Shown here piece after piece: positions 17,266 to 25,870 of a stretch of DNA of 34,325 nucleotides. Origin of the DNA: Kiloniellales bacterium (GTDB lineage: Bacteria; Pseudomonadota; Alphaproteobacteria; JBHICX01). The position numbers were made by a program, and so were the translations under genes. Within the stretch, counting starts at the first letter, position 1; every line of letters begins with the position of its first letter. Where the stretch lies: positions 1 to 34,325 of the forward strand of contig JBHICX010000001.1 in the NCBI GenBank assembly GCA_046759805.1, given 5' to 3'. The notes beneath the pieces were generated by a model, which saw only the letters and a program-made list of their open reading frames with translations, had not been told where the DNA came from and ran no database searches.

Positions 17266-18258
17266 ATGTCTCACTGGCATGTGAGCTTTGGCGGCGGCGT
17301 CCGCCTCGTTGTGACGGCCGTCGCGGCGGCCGCGGCCATGCAGGTCGCGATGGCGTGGGCGGACCACGCCCAGGGTCCGGTGAATGTGATCGGCGAACCG
17401 GAGTCGGCGGCAACAGTCGGCACCGACGACCCTGGGGCGGGCCAGGAGCCGAGGCTTCGCCTGGGCATGCCGGTCATGGACTCCGAGAACGGCATGCGGC
17501 TGTTCGCCGGGATGGGCTGTGTCGTGTGTCACGCGATCAACGGGGTGGGCGGGCACGATGCCAAGAACCTCGATGCCCACTCCACGCACCCCGTGGTCAG
17601 TGCCTTCGATTTCTCCGCCAAGATGTGGGCCATCCCCGCAGACATGGCGGGGGACCGGAAACGGGCGCTCGGTCATCGATTCGCATTCAGCGGCGATGAA
17701 CTGGCCGACCTCGCCGCCTTCGTGGGCGACGACGACCAGCAGCACAGGTTCACCGAAGCGCACATTCCACCCGAGATCAGGAAGCTGATGCGTCACAGCC
17801 ACGGCGGCAAACAGGCCCATCAGGACGAGCTGAGGAATTTCCAGCCCGAAGAGGTCTACATGGTGGCGCCGATGATGGAGCCCGAGGAGGGCATGCGGCT
17901 ATTCGTCAGCAAAGGCTGCGTCGTCTGTCACGCGATCAACGGCGTGGGCGGAGACGATGCCAAGAACCTCGATGCCGAGAGTCTCGCTGCCGGGAACCCA
18001 GACGCCCACTCCGGCCACACCTTTTTGAATCCTTTCGATTTCGCCGCCAGCATGTGGTCCGTGAGCCCGGGCATGATCGAGGCTCAGCACCGTATCGCGG
18101 GCCATCGGTTCCTGTTCACGGCCGTAGAGCTGTCCGACATCATCGCCTTCGTTCACGACGGCGAGCAGCAGAGAAATTTCACCGAGGCGCACGTTCCGCC
18201 CGAAATGAAGACCATCATCGACCAGACCCGCGCCGGCCAGTCGGCCGATCCGGACTAG
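17266..18258 (+). CDS. Periplasmic dihaem c-type cytochrome (two tandem class-I-like domains)
   Basis: Two CxxCH sites in near-identical contexts (GMGCVVCHAINGVGGHDAKNLDA and SKGCVVCHAINGVGGDDAKNLDA), each followed by FDF(S/A)A(K/S)MW as candidate Met ligands. Signal peptide MSHWHVSFGGGVRLVVTAVAAAAAMQVAMAWA|D. The ORF-track start at 17242 is also possible. Confidence 0.85.
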   Translation: MSHWHVSFGGGVRLVVTAVAAAAAMQVAMAWADHAQGPVNVIGEPESAATVGTDDPGAGQEPRLRLGMPVMDSENGMRLFAGMGCVVCHAINGVGGHDAKNLDAHSTHPVVSAFDFSAKMWAIPADMAGDRKRALGHRFAFSGDELADLAAFVGDDDQQHRFTEAHIPPEIRKLMRHSHGGKQAHQDELRNFQPEEVYMVAPMMEPEEGMRLFVSKGCVVCHAINGVGGDDAKNLDAESLAAGNPDAHSGHTFLNPFDFAASMWSVSPGMIEAQHRIAGHRFLFTAVELSDIIAFVHDGEQQRNFTEAHVPPEMKTIIDQTRAGQSADPD

Positions 18259-18548
18259 CCCGACCGCGCCGCGGGGCTGATTTTCAGTGCATTTGTCGCG
18301 GAGTTTGGCCCTGCGGGCGAGAGAGGATTCCATTTCGGTCGCGATGGCAGATAAGCCAGCAATCGAAAGCGTGGCAAGGACCATTGCGCAGATGGCTGTG
18401 CGAGCGATTCCGGTAACGCTATGGTTCGACATGGCTTACCTCCAGTCTCCACGTTTCGGTCCCGAATCCCCGTCGGTCATGGTGGGTCATTCGCCTATCA
18501 TGGCGAACGGTACGCGGCATCGAGGTAGGTCAACTTGGGAGTCGCCAC

Positions 18549-18797
18549 GATCGCGAGGGTAAGCCGTGACTGTGTTTGCGCGCCGCGGTCAGGTGGTCGA
18601 CCGTGGCCGCATGACTTCAACAGGCCAAAGTCTTGACGCCGTCGGAGGCCCTGCTTTTTGACCGCGGAAGTATGAGTCGATTTCCCAGTTCCATTGGTAC
18701 GACTCTTGCGGTCGCCGCGATTTACACCTCGATCACCAGGCCGTCGTAGGCAGGCTCGACGCCGGGCGGACACTTGGCCGCCAGCCGGTCGTAGTCG
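18549..18797. repeat. Right copy of the ~250-bp direct repeat (partner at 13266-13516)
   Basis: Covers about 173 nt downstream of the MBL gene plus its last ~25 codons. See the left copy. Confidence 0.85.
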
Positions 18798-19489
18798 AGG
18801 CTCGTGTTCATATGGGTTAGCACGGCCCGACCTGGCCGCAGGCGCTCGATCCAGCCAAGAGTCTTCTCCAGATGGGCATGGGTTGGGTGCGGCGCCTCGC
18901 GCAGGCAATCGACGATCCATAGGCCGATGCCGTCCAGCGCTTCGAAGGCCGCCTCCGGAAGCTCGACCAGGTCGGTCGAATAGGCCAGTTGCCCGAACCG
19001 GAACCCGAGCGTGGCGCCCGGAAAGCCGTGGTCCTGTTCGAACGGGCGGATGTCGATGTCCCCGACCGAGAATGGGCCGTCAATGATATGCGGCTCCACC
19101 AACGGCCCGTAGAAGTCTGATTCGCCTTCCATTCCCTCGACCGCGTACCCGAAGCGTTGGCGGATCTCCGTGAGCGTCCCGGCGTCGGCGTGAATCGGTA
19201 TCGGCCGCCCCGTGAGGCGCTTCATTTGCCGCAGGTCGTCGATGCCGTGCAGGTGGTCGGCATGGGCATGGGTGTAGAGCACCGCGTCCAGCCGGGTGAC
19301 CCCCGCAGCCAAGAGCTGCCGGCGCAGGTCCGGCGTGGTATCGACCACCAGGGTGGTATTGGCCTCTTGCACCAGGATCGAGGCTCGGAGCCGCCGGTTG
19401 CGCGGGTTCGCGGGATCGCAGTCGCCCCAGTCGCCGCCGATCTGCGGCACCCCGCCGGAGCCGCCGCAGCCCAGGATGGTCACCCGCAT
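18722..19489 (-). CDS. MBL-fold metallo-hydrolase (PhnP/YcbL-like)
   Basis: MRVTILGCGGSGGVP... and the HxHxDH motif YTHAHADHLHG. 255 aa. Lies directly downstream of tatD, as in many alphaproteobacteria. Confidence 0.85.
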   Translation of the reverse strand: MRVTILGCGGSGGVPQIGGDWGDCDPANPRNRRLRASILVQEANTTLVVDTTPDLRRQLLAAGVTRLDAVLYTHAHADHLHGIDDLRQMKRLTGRPIPIHADAGTLTEIRQRFGYAVEGMEGESDFYGPLVEPHIIDGPFSVGDIDIRPFEQDHGFPGATLGFRFGQLAYSTDLVELPEAAFEALDGIGLWIVDCLREAPHPTHAHLEKTLGWIERLRPGRAVLTHMNTSLDYDRLAAKCPPGVEPAYDGLVIEV

Positions 19490-19493
19490 CAGG

Positions 19494-20288
19494 TTAACCG
19501 CCGGCGTCCGCGGGCGCCTCGACCTTGCCGAACAGGCGCAGGAAGTTGCGGGTGGTGTGGCGCGCCAGCTGCTCCAGCTCTAGCCCCTTGAGCCGGGCCA
19601 CCTCGGCGGCGGTGTGCACCATGAACGCCGGCTCGTTGCGCTTGCCGCGCATCGGCACCGGCGCCAGATAGGGCGCGTCGGTCTCCACCAAGAGCCGGCC
19701 CACGGGCAGCCCGCCGACGATCGCCCGAAGCTCGTGGGAGCGCTTGAAGGTGATGATCCCGGAGATCGACACATAAAATCCGATTTCCAACGCTTTTTCA
19801 GCAAGTTCTTTGGTTGTGCTGAAACAATGGATGAGTCCCGTGAACGGCCCTTCACGGTACGCCTCGTGCAACAAGTCGGCAGTGTCCTGGTCGGCGTCGC
19901 GGGTGTGCACGATGAGCGGCAAGCCGGCCTCGCGCGCCCCCTCGATATGGGTGCGGAAGCTGCTCTTCTGAGCCTCGCGCGGACTGTGCTCGTAGTGGTA
20001 GTCGAGGCCTGTCTCGCCAATCCCCACCACCTTCGGATGGCGACTCAGCTCCACCAGCCGCGCCGAGTCCGCCGGCGCTTCTGCCGCCGACTCGTGCGGG
20101 TGGATGCCGACCGAGCAATAGAGCTGCGGGTAGCGCTCGGCGACCGCCAGCACCCGGTCGAACTGGCTGAGTTTGGTGCTGATAGTGACCATCAGCCCCA
20201 CCCCGGCGGCATCGGCCCGGTCTATCACCGCGTCGATGTCGTCCGCGAAGTCCGGAAAGTCGAGATGGCAGTGGCTGTCGACCAGCAT
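19494..20288 (-). CDS. tatD: TatD-family metal-dependent DNase/hydrolase
   Basis: MLVDSHCHLDFPDF, GIGETGLDYHY, IVHTRDA and LLVETDAPYLAP. The start is placed at the ATG complementary to 20286-20288. The 116 upstream ORF-track codons are Gly/Arg/Pro-rich and overlap metG. Confidence 0.9.
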   Translation of the reverse strand: MLVDSHCHLDFPDFADDIDAVIDRADAAGVGLMVTISTKLSQFDRVLAVAERYPQLYCSVGIHPHESAAEAPADSARLVELSRHPKVVGIGETGLDYHYEHSPREAQKSSFRTHIEGAREAGLPLIVHTRDADQDTADLLHEAYREGPFTGLIHCFSTTKELAEKALEIGFYVSISGIITFKRSHELRAIVGGLPVGRLLVETDAPYLAPVPMRGKRNEPAFMVHTAAEVARLKGLELEQLARHTTRNFLRLFGKVEAPADAGG

Positions 20289-20302
20289 GACGGTGCCAAG
20301 CC

Positions 20303-21841
20303 TCAACCGACCCAGCGGGGAAAGATCGGCTCCGGCGGCGGCAACGCCGTGCCCGGCCTGAGCGCCTCCCCGGGGCCGAGGGCCGCGAAGGTGCGGGCCC
20401 CCTGCCCCACCGCCAACTGGTCCAGGAGCCAGCCGGCCGCATCCGGCATTACCGGCTGTGCCAGGATCGCCAGGTGCCGGATCGTCTCGGCCAGCACGTA
20501 GAGCACCGTACTCATGCGCGCCGGGTCGGACTTGGCGAGTGCCCAGGGCGCCTGCGCGTCCACGTACCGGTTGGCCGCGCCGACCACCTGAAACAAAAAC
20601 TCGAGCGCCCTGTGAAACGCCTGCTCCTCGTAGCAACGGCGCTGCTGATCGAGCAACCCGCGGACCGCGCCGAGCAAGGCCTTGTCGGCGGCGTCGTGGG
20701 CGCCGGGCTCGGGCACCGCGCCCTCCTTGGCGATCATCGACAGCACCCGCTGTGCCAGGTTGCCGAAGTCGTTGGCAAGGTCGCCGTTGATGCGCCCGAC
20801 GATGGCGCGGTGCGAGAAGTCGCCGTCATTGCCGAACGGCACCTCCCGCAACAGGAAGTAGCGGACCTGGTCGAGGCCGTAGCGCTCGATGAGCCACAGC
20901 GGGTCGATGATGTTGCCGAGCGACTTGGAGATCTTCCGGCCCTCGTTGGTCCACCAGCCATGGGCGAATATCCGCTTCGGCGGCCCGAGCCCCGCGCCCA
21001 TGAGGAAGGCCGGCCAGTAGACCGCGTGGAAGCGCAGGATATCCTTGCCCACCATGTGTAGGTCGGCCGGCCAATAGGTTGAAAAATCGTCCCCGCTCGT
21101 ATCCGGATAGCCGACCGCGGTGATGTAGTTAGTGAGCGCGTCGAGCCACACATAGATGACGTGGTCGGTGTGGTTCGGCACCGGCACGCCCCAATTGAAG
21201 CTGGCGCGCGAGACCGACAGGTCGCGCAGCCCGGATTTCACGAAGCTGATCACTTCGTTCCGCCGGGCCGGCGGCGAGATGAAGTCCGGGCGCTCCTCAT
21301 AAAGCCGGAGCAGCGGCTCCCGCCATGTGGACAGCCTGAAGAAATAGCTGGGTTCCTCGACCCACTCGACCTCGGCGCCGCTCGGCGCATGCTTCTTGCC
21401 GTCGGGCCCTTCGACCAGCTCGTCCTCGGCGTAGAACGCCTCGTCGTGGACCGCATACCAGCCGGCATAGCTGCCGAGGTAGATCTGGCCGGCGTCCATC
21501 AGCGCCGACCAGATCGCCTGGCTGGCCCGGATATGACGCGGCTCGGTGGTGCGGATGAAGTCGTCGTTGGAGAAGTTCATCGCCCGCGCCAGGCCGCGGA
21601 AGTTCTCGGACACCTGGTCGGTGAACGGCTGCGGCTCCTTGCCTGCCTCACGGGCCGACTTCTCCACCTTCTGCCCGTGCTCGTCGGTGCCGGTCAGGAA
21701 CTTGACGTCATAGCCGTCGAGGCGCTTGAACCGGGCCATCGCGTCACAGGCGAGGGTGGTGTAGGCGTGGCCGATATGGGGCAGATCGTTGACGTAGTAG
21801 ATCGGCGTGGTGATGTAGTAAGCCGCCTTGGAGCCGGCCAT
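20303..21841 (-). CDS. metG: Methionine--tRNA ligase (short form)
   Basis: HIGH motif in YITTPIYYVNDLPHIGHAY and KMSKS variant KISKSLGN. RBS CAGGGAGG precedes the ATG (complement of 21839-21841). Confidence 0.95.
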   Translation of the reverse strand: MAGSKAAYYITTPIYYVNDLPHIGHAYTTLACDAMARFKRLDGYDVKFLTGTDEHGQKVEKSAREAGKEPQPFTDQVSENFRGLARAMNFSNDDFIRTTEPRHIRASQAIWSALMDAGQIYLGSYAGWYAVHDEAFYAEDELVEGPDGKKHAPSGAEVEWVEEPSYFFRLSTWREPLLRLYEERPDFISPPARRNEVISFVKSGLRDLSVSRASFNWGVPVPNHTDHVIYVWLDALTNYITAVGYPDTSGDDFSTYWPADLHMVGKDILRFHAVYWPAFLMGAGLGPPKRIFAHGWWTNEGRKISKSLGNIIDPLWLIERYGLDQVRYFLLREVPFGNDGDFSHRAIVGRINGDLANDFGNLAQRVLSMIAKEGAVPEPGAHDAADKALLGAVRGLLDQQRRCYEEQAFHRALEFLFQVVGAANRYVDAQAPWALAKSDPARMSTVLYVLAETIRHLAILAQPVMPDAAGWLLDQLAVGQGARTFAALGPGEALRPGTALPPPEPIFPRWVG

Positions 21842-21888
21842 CGGGCGACCTCCCTGCCGAAGATGGCTTCGCCGGGCGCCGTGATGCG

Positions 21889-23001
21889 TCAGGCGAGGGC
21901 GCTGGGCCCGGACCGGGCCGCGCTCTCCAGGGCGAAGAACACGTCCAAAAGCACCTGTTTGCGGTCCAGATTGGCGGTGTCCGACTGACCCAGGAGGCGG
22001 TCGGTCTTTTCCCACACCTCCACCCAGCGATCAAGGCCGCTTGCAGCGCCGGGACCCGGCCCCGCCAGCCGCCGCATCGCCTCGGCCTCGCCCGCCACGG
22101 CCTCGTGCGCACCCGCCGGTCCCAGCACGCCGGTGCGCACCGCCCGCACCAGCCACCCACGCAACAGCTCACCGATGGCCTGCCAAAGCGCGTCGGCACC
22201 GGGTCGCGCTAGCTTGTCACCGAGCGCGTGCAGCGCCTCGCCGTCGACGGCCGGCAGCCGGTTCAACAGCGCCGCCAACTCGCGGTAGACGGCGAGCCCG
22301 CCCTCCGCCGCCAGCGCCAGCGCCCGTCCGGCGCTGCCCTCGGCCAGGCCGGCCAGCGCGCCGACATCCGGGGCCGACATCTCCGGGTAATGTTGCTTGA
22401 CGATGCGCGCCACCACCTGGTCCGACAGTGGCTTGAGCGTCAGCCGCCGGCAGCGCGAGCGGATGGTCGCCAATAGCCGCCCCGGCGCATGGCTGATCAG
22501 CAGCAGCACCGCCCTCTCGGTCGGCTCCTCGAGACATTTCAACAGCGCGTTGGCGGCGTTCGGGTTCATCTCGTCGGCGCTGTCGACCACCACCACGCGC
22601 CAGCCCGCCTCCGCCGGGGTGAGGCGCAGGAACGCGCCCACCCCCCGGATGTCGTCCACCACGATCTCGCCGCGCCGGCGCCCGCGCTTGTCGTCCCAGG
22701 CACGCTCGACGGTAACGAGGTCGGCATGGCCGCCGCTGGCCACCCGGCGGAACACCGGATCCTCGGGGTCGACCGCGAGCCCCTGGGGCGGCCTGATCGA
22801 CTCCGCCTTGCCGGCGTTCCGCAACAGGAAACGCGCTAGGCGGTAAGCCAGCGTCGCCTTGCCGATGCCGCGCGGTCCGGTGAGCAACCAGGCATGGGGC
22901 AGCCGCCCGCATGCCCAGGCGTCCAAGAGCCGCCGCTCCGCCGCCTCATGGCCGAGCAGACTCGCAGTCTCGCGGGGACGCGGGGGCGCCGACCCGCTCA
23001 C
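21889..23001 (-). CDS. holB: DNA polymerase III delta-prime subunit
   Basis: HAWLLTGPRGIGKATLAYRLARFLL, VVVVDSADEMN and SRCRRLTLKPL. The GTG start overlaps the tmk stop (GTGA). Confidence 0.85.
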   Translation of the reverse strand: MSGSAPPRPRETASLLGHEAAERRLLDAWACGRLPHAWLLTGPRGIGKATLAYRLARFLLRNAGKAESIRPPQGLAVDPEDPVFRRVASGGHADLVTVERAWDDKRGRRRGEIVVDDIRGVGAFLRLTPAEAGWRVVVVDSADEMNPNAANALLKCLEEPTERAVLLLISHAPGRLLATIRSRCRRLTLKPLSDQVVARIVKQHYPEMSAPDVGALAGLAEGSAGRALALAAEGGLAVYRELAALLNRLPAVDGEALHALGDKLARPGADALWQAIGELLRGWLVRAVRTGVLGPAGAHEAVAGEAEAMRRLAGPGPGAASGLDRWVEVWEKTDRLLGQSDTANLDRKQVLLDVFFALESAARSGPSALA

Positions 23002-23633
23002 AGCGCCACCTCCAGTCGCTCGCGGGTCACCGCGATCACCGCCGCATGGGTCTCCTCGATCGGCCCCGAGGCGTCGATCACCACGCAGCGCTCCGGCTCG
23101 CGCCGCGCAATGTCCAGGAAGCCCTGGCGCAGCCGTTGATGGAAGTCGATGTCCATGCGCTCGTAGCGGTGTTCATCGCCGCCGCGGGCAGCGGCCCGCT
23201 TGAGCCCCTCATCCACCTCCAGGTCGAGAATCAGCGTCAGGTCCGGCCGGCAATCGCCGACCACCACACGGTGCAGCGTTTCGATCACGTCGCGCCCCAG
23301 GCCGCGGCCATAGCCTTGATAGGCCATGGTGGAATCGGCGAAACGGTCGCTGATCACCCAGCGGCCGGCTTCCAGCGCCGGCCGCACCGTGGTCACCAGA
23401 TGGTCGCGCCGGGCCGCGTAATGCAGCAGGGCCTCGCCCAGCGCGTCCCAGCGCCCGGCCGCACCCTCAACCAGAAGCAGGCGAATCGCCTCGGCGCCGG
23501 GGGCGCCGCCCGGCTCGCGGGTGGTGAGGGTTTCGATCCCGGCCCGCTCGAGCGCCGCGTCGAGCAGCCGCGCTTGCGTCGACTTGCCGGTCCCCTCCCC
23601 GCCTTCCAGGGTGATGAACCGGCCGCGGTCCAC
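22998..23633 (-). CDS. tmk: Thymidylate kinase
   Basis: P-loop FITLEGGEGTGKSTQ, DRFADST, and a LID-region RxxxR-like segment. 211 aa. Confidence 0.93.
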   Translation of the reverse strand: MDRGRFITLEGGEGTGKSTQARLLDAALERAGIETLTTREPGGAPGAEAIRLLLVEGAAGRWDALGEALLHYAARRDHLVTTVRPALEAGRWVISDRFADSTMAYQGYGRGLGRDVIETLHRVVVGDCRPDLTLILDLEVDEGLKRAAARGGDEHRYERMDIDFHQRLRQGFLDIARREPERCVVIDASGPIEETHAAVIAVTRERLEVAL

Positions 23634-23657
23634 CGGGCTCGATCCGCGACTCGCGGC

Positions 23658-24812
23658 CTAACGGGCCGCAGAGCCCCAGAGCAGATAGCCCAGGGCAGCG
23701 GTAAGCCGGGGGACCAAGGGCAGTCGCTTCACCGCCTTGCCGGCCACCAGCGGGATCCCGATGGTCTCCACGCCGGGCGCGGTCACCACCAGCCTCGCCA
23801 CCACCGCTCCTTTCTCGATCGGCGCCGGGATCGGTTCTTGGTAGACCGTGGCCACGCGCATGCCGCGGCGCGCCTTGCGAGGCAGCGTGACCGTCAGCTC
23901 GCGCTGGATGACCATCGGCACGGTCAGCGCATCGCCGAGCCAGACCGAGGCATGGGCCACAATCTCGCCGGCGGCAAAAAGCGCGTAGTTGTTGAACTCC
24001 CGGAAGCCCCAGTCGAGCAGCCGCTGCGCCTCCCGGGACCGCTCGCGCACGCTCTCCATGCCGTGCGCGACCAGCACCAGGCGGCGGCCGTCTTGTACCG
24101 CCGACACGGCGAGGCCGTAGCCGGACTCCTCTGTGTAGCCGGTCTTCAGGCCATCGGCGCCCATCTCCTTGTACAGGAGCGGGTTGCGATTGCCCTGGCG
24201 GATGCCGTTGTAGGTGAAGCTGGTCTCCTTGTAGTAATGGTAGAATTCCGGGAAGTCCTGGATGGTCCGTATCGTCAGGATCGCCAGGTCGCGTGCCGTG
24301 CTCACATGCTCGGCGTCGGGCCAGCCCGTCGAGTTGGTGAAATTGGTGTCGGTCATGCCCATGTCGTGGGCGCTAGCCGTCATCTCCTGGGCGAAGTGGT
24401 TCTCGCTGCCGGCAATGCCCTCGGCCACGACGATCGAGGCGTCGTTCCCCGACTGCACGGCGATGCCACGGATGAGGTCCTCGACACGCACCCGTGCGTC
24501 GAGCTCGACGAACATCCTCGACCCGCCCCTCTTCCACGCCCGGTCGGTGACCAGCATGGTGTCATCGAGCGACAGGCCGCCGTCCCGCAGCCGCTGGAAC
24601 AACAGATGCAGGGTCATTATCTTGGTCATCGAGGCCGGCGCGATGGCGACATCGGCGTTCTTTTCGAACAGCACCACGCCGGTGTCGAAATCCAGGAGAT
24701 AGGCCTGCTTTGCCGAGGTCTCCAGCGCCTGCGCCGCGGCCGTCCACAGGCCGGTGGCCAGCACCATCGAGACGCCGAGGCGGCGCCGGCGCCGGTCGCG
24801 AAACAGAACCAA
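23658..24812 (-). CDS. D-alanyl-D-alanine carboxypeptidase (PBP5/6, peptidase S11)
   Basis: SxxK (ASMTKIMT), SxN (QSGND), KTG (LKTGYT) and a C-terminal PBP5_C-like beta domain. Signal peptide with a TTG start. An internal ATG at 24767 is a less likely alternative. Confidence 0.88.
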   Translation of the reverse strand: MVLFRDRRRRRLGVSMVLATGLWTAAAQALETSAKQAYLLDFDTGVVLFEKNADVAIAPASMTKIMTLHLLFQRLRDGGLSLDDTMLVTDRAWKRGGSRMFVELDARVRVEDLIRGIAVQSGNDASIVVAEGIAGSENHFAQEMTASAHDMGMTDTNFTNSTGWPDAEHVSTARDLAILTIRTIQDFPEFYHYYKETSFTYNGIRQGNRNPLLYKEMGADGLKTGYTEESGYGLAVSAVQDGRRLVLVAHGMESVRERSREAQRLLDWGFREFNNYALFAAGEIVAHASVWLGDALTVPMVIQRELTVTLPRKARRGMRVATVYQEPIPAPIEKGAVVARLVVTAPGVETIGIPLVAGKAVKRLPLVPRLTAALGYLLWGSAAR

Positions 24813-24920
24813 CCTCGTCCCCCCGTCTGGTCGACAGCAATAGAAGCGCCCGAGGCGCCTTAAATCTGCCTGGCAATTACGCCAGAATTATGATCCTCGC
24901 CGCCGCCCGGCGGGCCGGAC

Positions 24921-25835
24921 TTACTCGACGACGATCCCGGCCTCCGGGTGGCCGGAGTCGATCACTCTGCGCAATAGCGCGTCGGCGTTGTCCACCCCGG
25001 CCAGAGGCCCGATGCGCACGCGAAAAAATTGCCGCCCGTCGACCACCACCGGGGTCAGAGTGGTCGGGCCGAGATGGCCTAGTCCGGCGCGCAACCGATC
25101 GGCGTTGTCAAAATTGGTGAAGGCGCCAGCCTGGACATAGATGGCGCTCGGCGCCACCGGCCGGTGGCTGACCACCTGGAGCTGCTGTTGCTCGAAGGCG
25201 CTCATCGAGTCCTCGCGCCGCACCCGCGACCACGCCGGTAGCGCCGCCGGCACCAGTACCGGCGTTGCCTGCGCCACACGAGGGCCGTCGGCGCGCGCCA
25301 GCATCTGTCGCTTCAATCGCCGGCTGTCCTCGCCCATGATGCTCACGCGCACCTTCGCCGTGCCCTTGCTCTCGAACCCGAGCAAACGCGCCGCCTGGCG
25401 CGACATGTCGATGATGCGCCCGCGAACGAACGGGCCGCGGTCATTGACGCGCACCACCACCGATCGCCCGTTCTCGAGGTTGGTGACCCGCACCAGGCTG
25501 GGCATCGGCAGGGTCGGGTGCGCGGCGGTGAGATCGTCCTGGTCGAAAACCTCGCCGTTGGCGGTGAGCCGACCATGAAAGTCGGGGCCGTACCAGGAAG
25601 CGATGCCGGTCTCATCGTAGTGGAAATCCTCCCGCGGCTCGTACCAGGCGCCGTCGATCTGATAGGGCTCGCCGATCTTGTAGGCGCCTTGCGGCGGCGC
25701 CTGCTCCGTGCCGCCGGCCAATTCCTTGGCGACATGCGCCACCAACTCGGTCTCGGCACAGCCGGAGAGGGTCAGCGCCGCGGCGGCCAGCGCCGCGGCG
25801 GCCAGCGCCGACGAGCCTGGCCGGCGGCGGCGCAA
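24921..25835 (-). CDS. rlpA: Septal-ring lytic transglycosylase RlpA-family lipoprotein with a SPOR domain
   Basis: Lipobox LTLSGC. DPBB domain (ASWYGPDFHGRLTANGEVFD...VRVTNLENGRSVVVRVNDRGPF). C-terminal SPOR (IYVQAGAFTNFDNADRL...FFRVRIGPL). A TTG start at 25833-25835 gives a normal-length signal peptide. An upstream ATG at 25937 would overlap the preceding gene by 67 nt. Confidence 0.8.
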   Translation of the reverse strand: MRRRRPGSSALAAAALAAAALTLSGCAETELVAHVAKELAGGTEQAPPQGAYKIGEPYQIDGAWYEPREDFHYDETGIASWYGPDFHGRLTANGEVFDQDDLTAAHPTLPMPSLVRVTNLENGRSVVVRVNDRGPFVRGRIIDMSRQAARLLGFESKGTAKVRVSIMGEDSRRLKRQMLARADGPRVAQATPVLVPAALPAWSRVRREDSMSAFEQQQLQVVSHRPVAPSAIYVQAGAFTNFDNADRLRAGLGHLGPTTLTPVVVDGRQFFRVRIGPLAGVDNADALLRRVIDSGHPEAGIVVE

Positions 25836-25870
25836 GCCTTGGCACGGGGCCGCCCAGCGTTGGATCGGGC

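Noticed and set aside
17899-18432. Minus-strand ORF starting with an excellent SD (GGAGG, 6 nt spacer, ATG at 18430-18432). It has a hydrophobic N-terminus (MSNHSVTGIARTAICAMVLATLSIAGLSAIA) and lies in the gap after the cytochrome c gene.
   Set aside because: There is no in-frame stop until 17899. The ORF therefore runs about 360 nt antisense through the cytochrome c gene with shadow-ORF composition. A real small protein cannot be delimited. Ribosome profiling would be worthwhile, but I cannot support it as a gene.
19494-22015. N-terminal extensions in the ORF track for tatD (to 20636) and metG (to 22015). The same applies to mazG (to 12099), VOC (to 29809), glnA (from 29897) and rlpA (to 26318).
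   Set aside because: The extensions are low-complexity and overlap neighbouring genes. They precede internal starts that match the conserved family N-termini and have RBS-like sequences.
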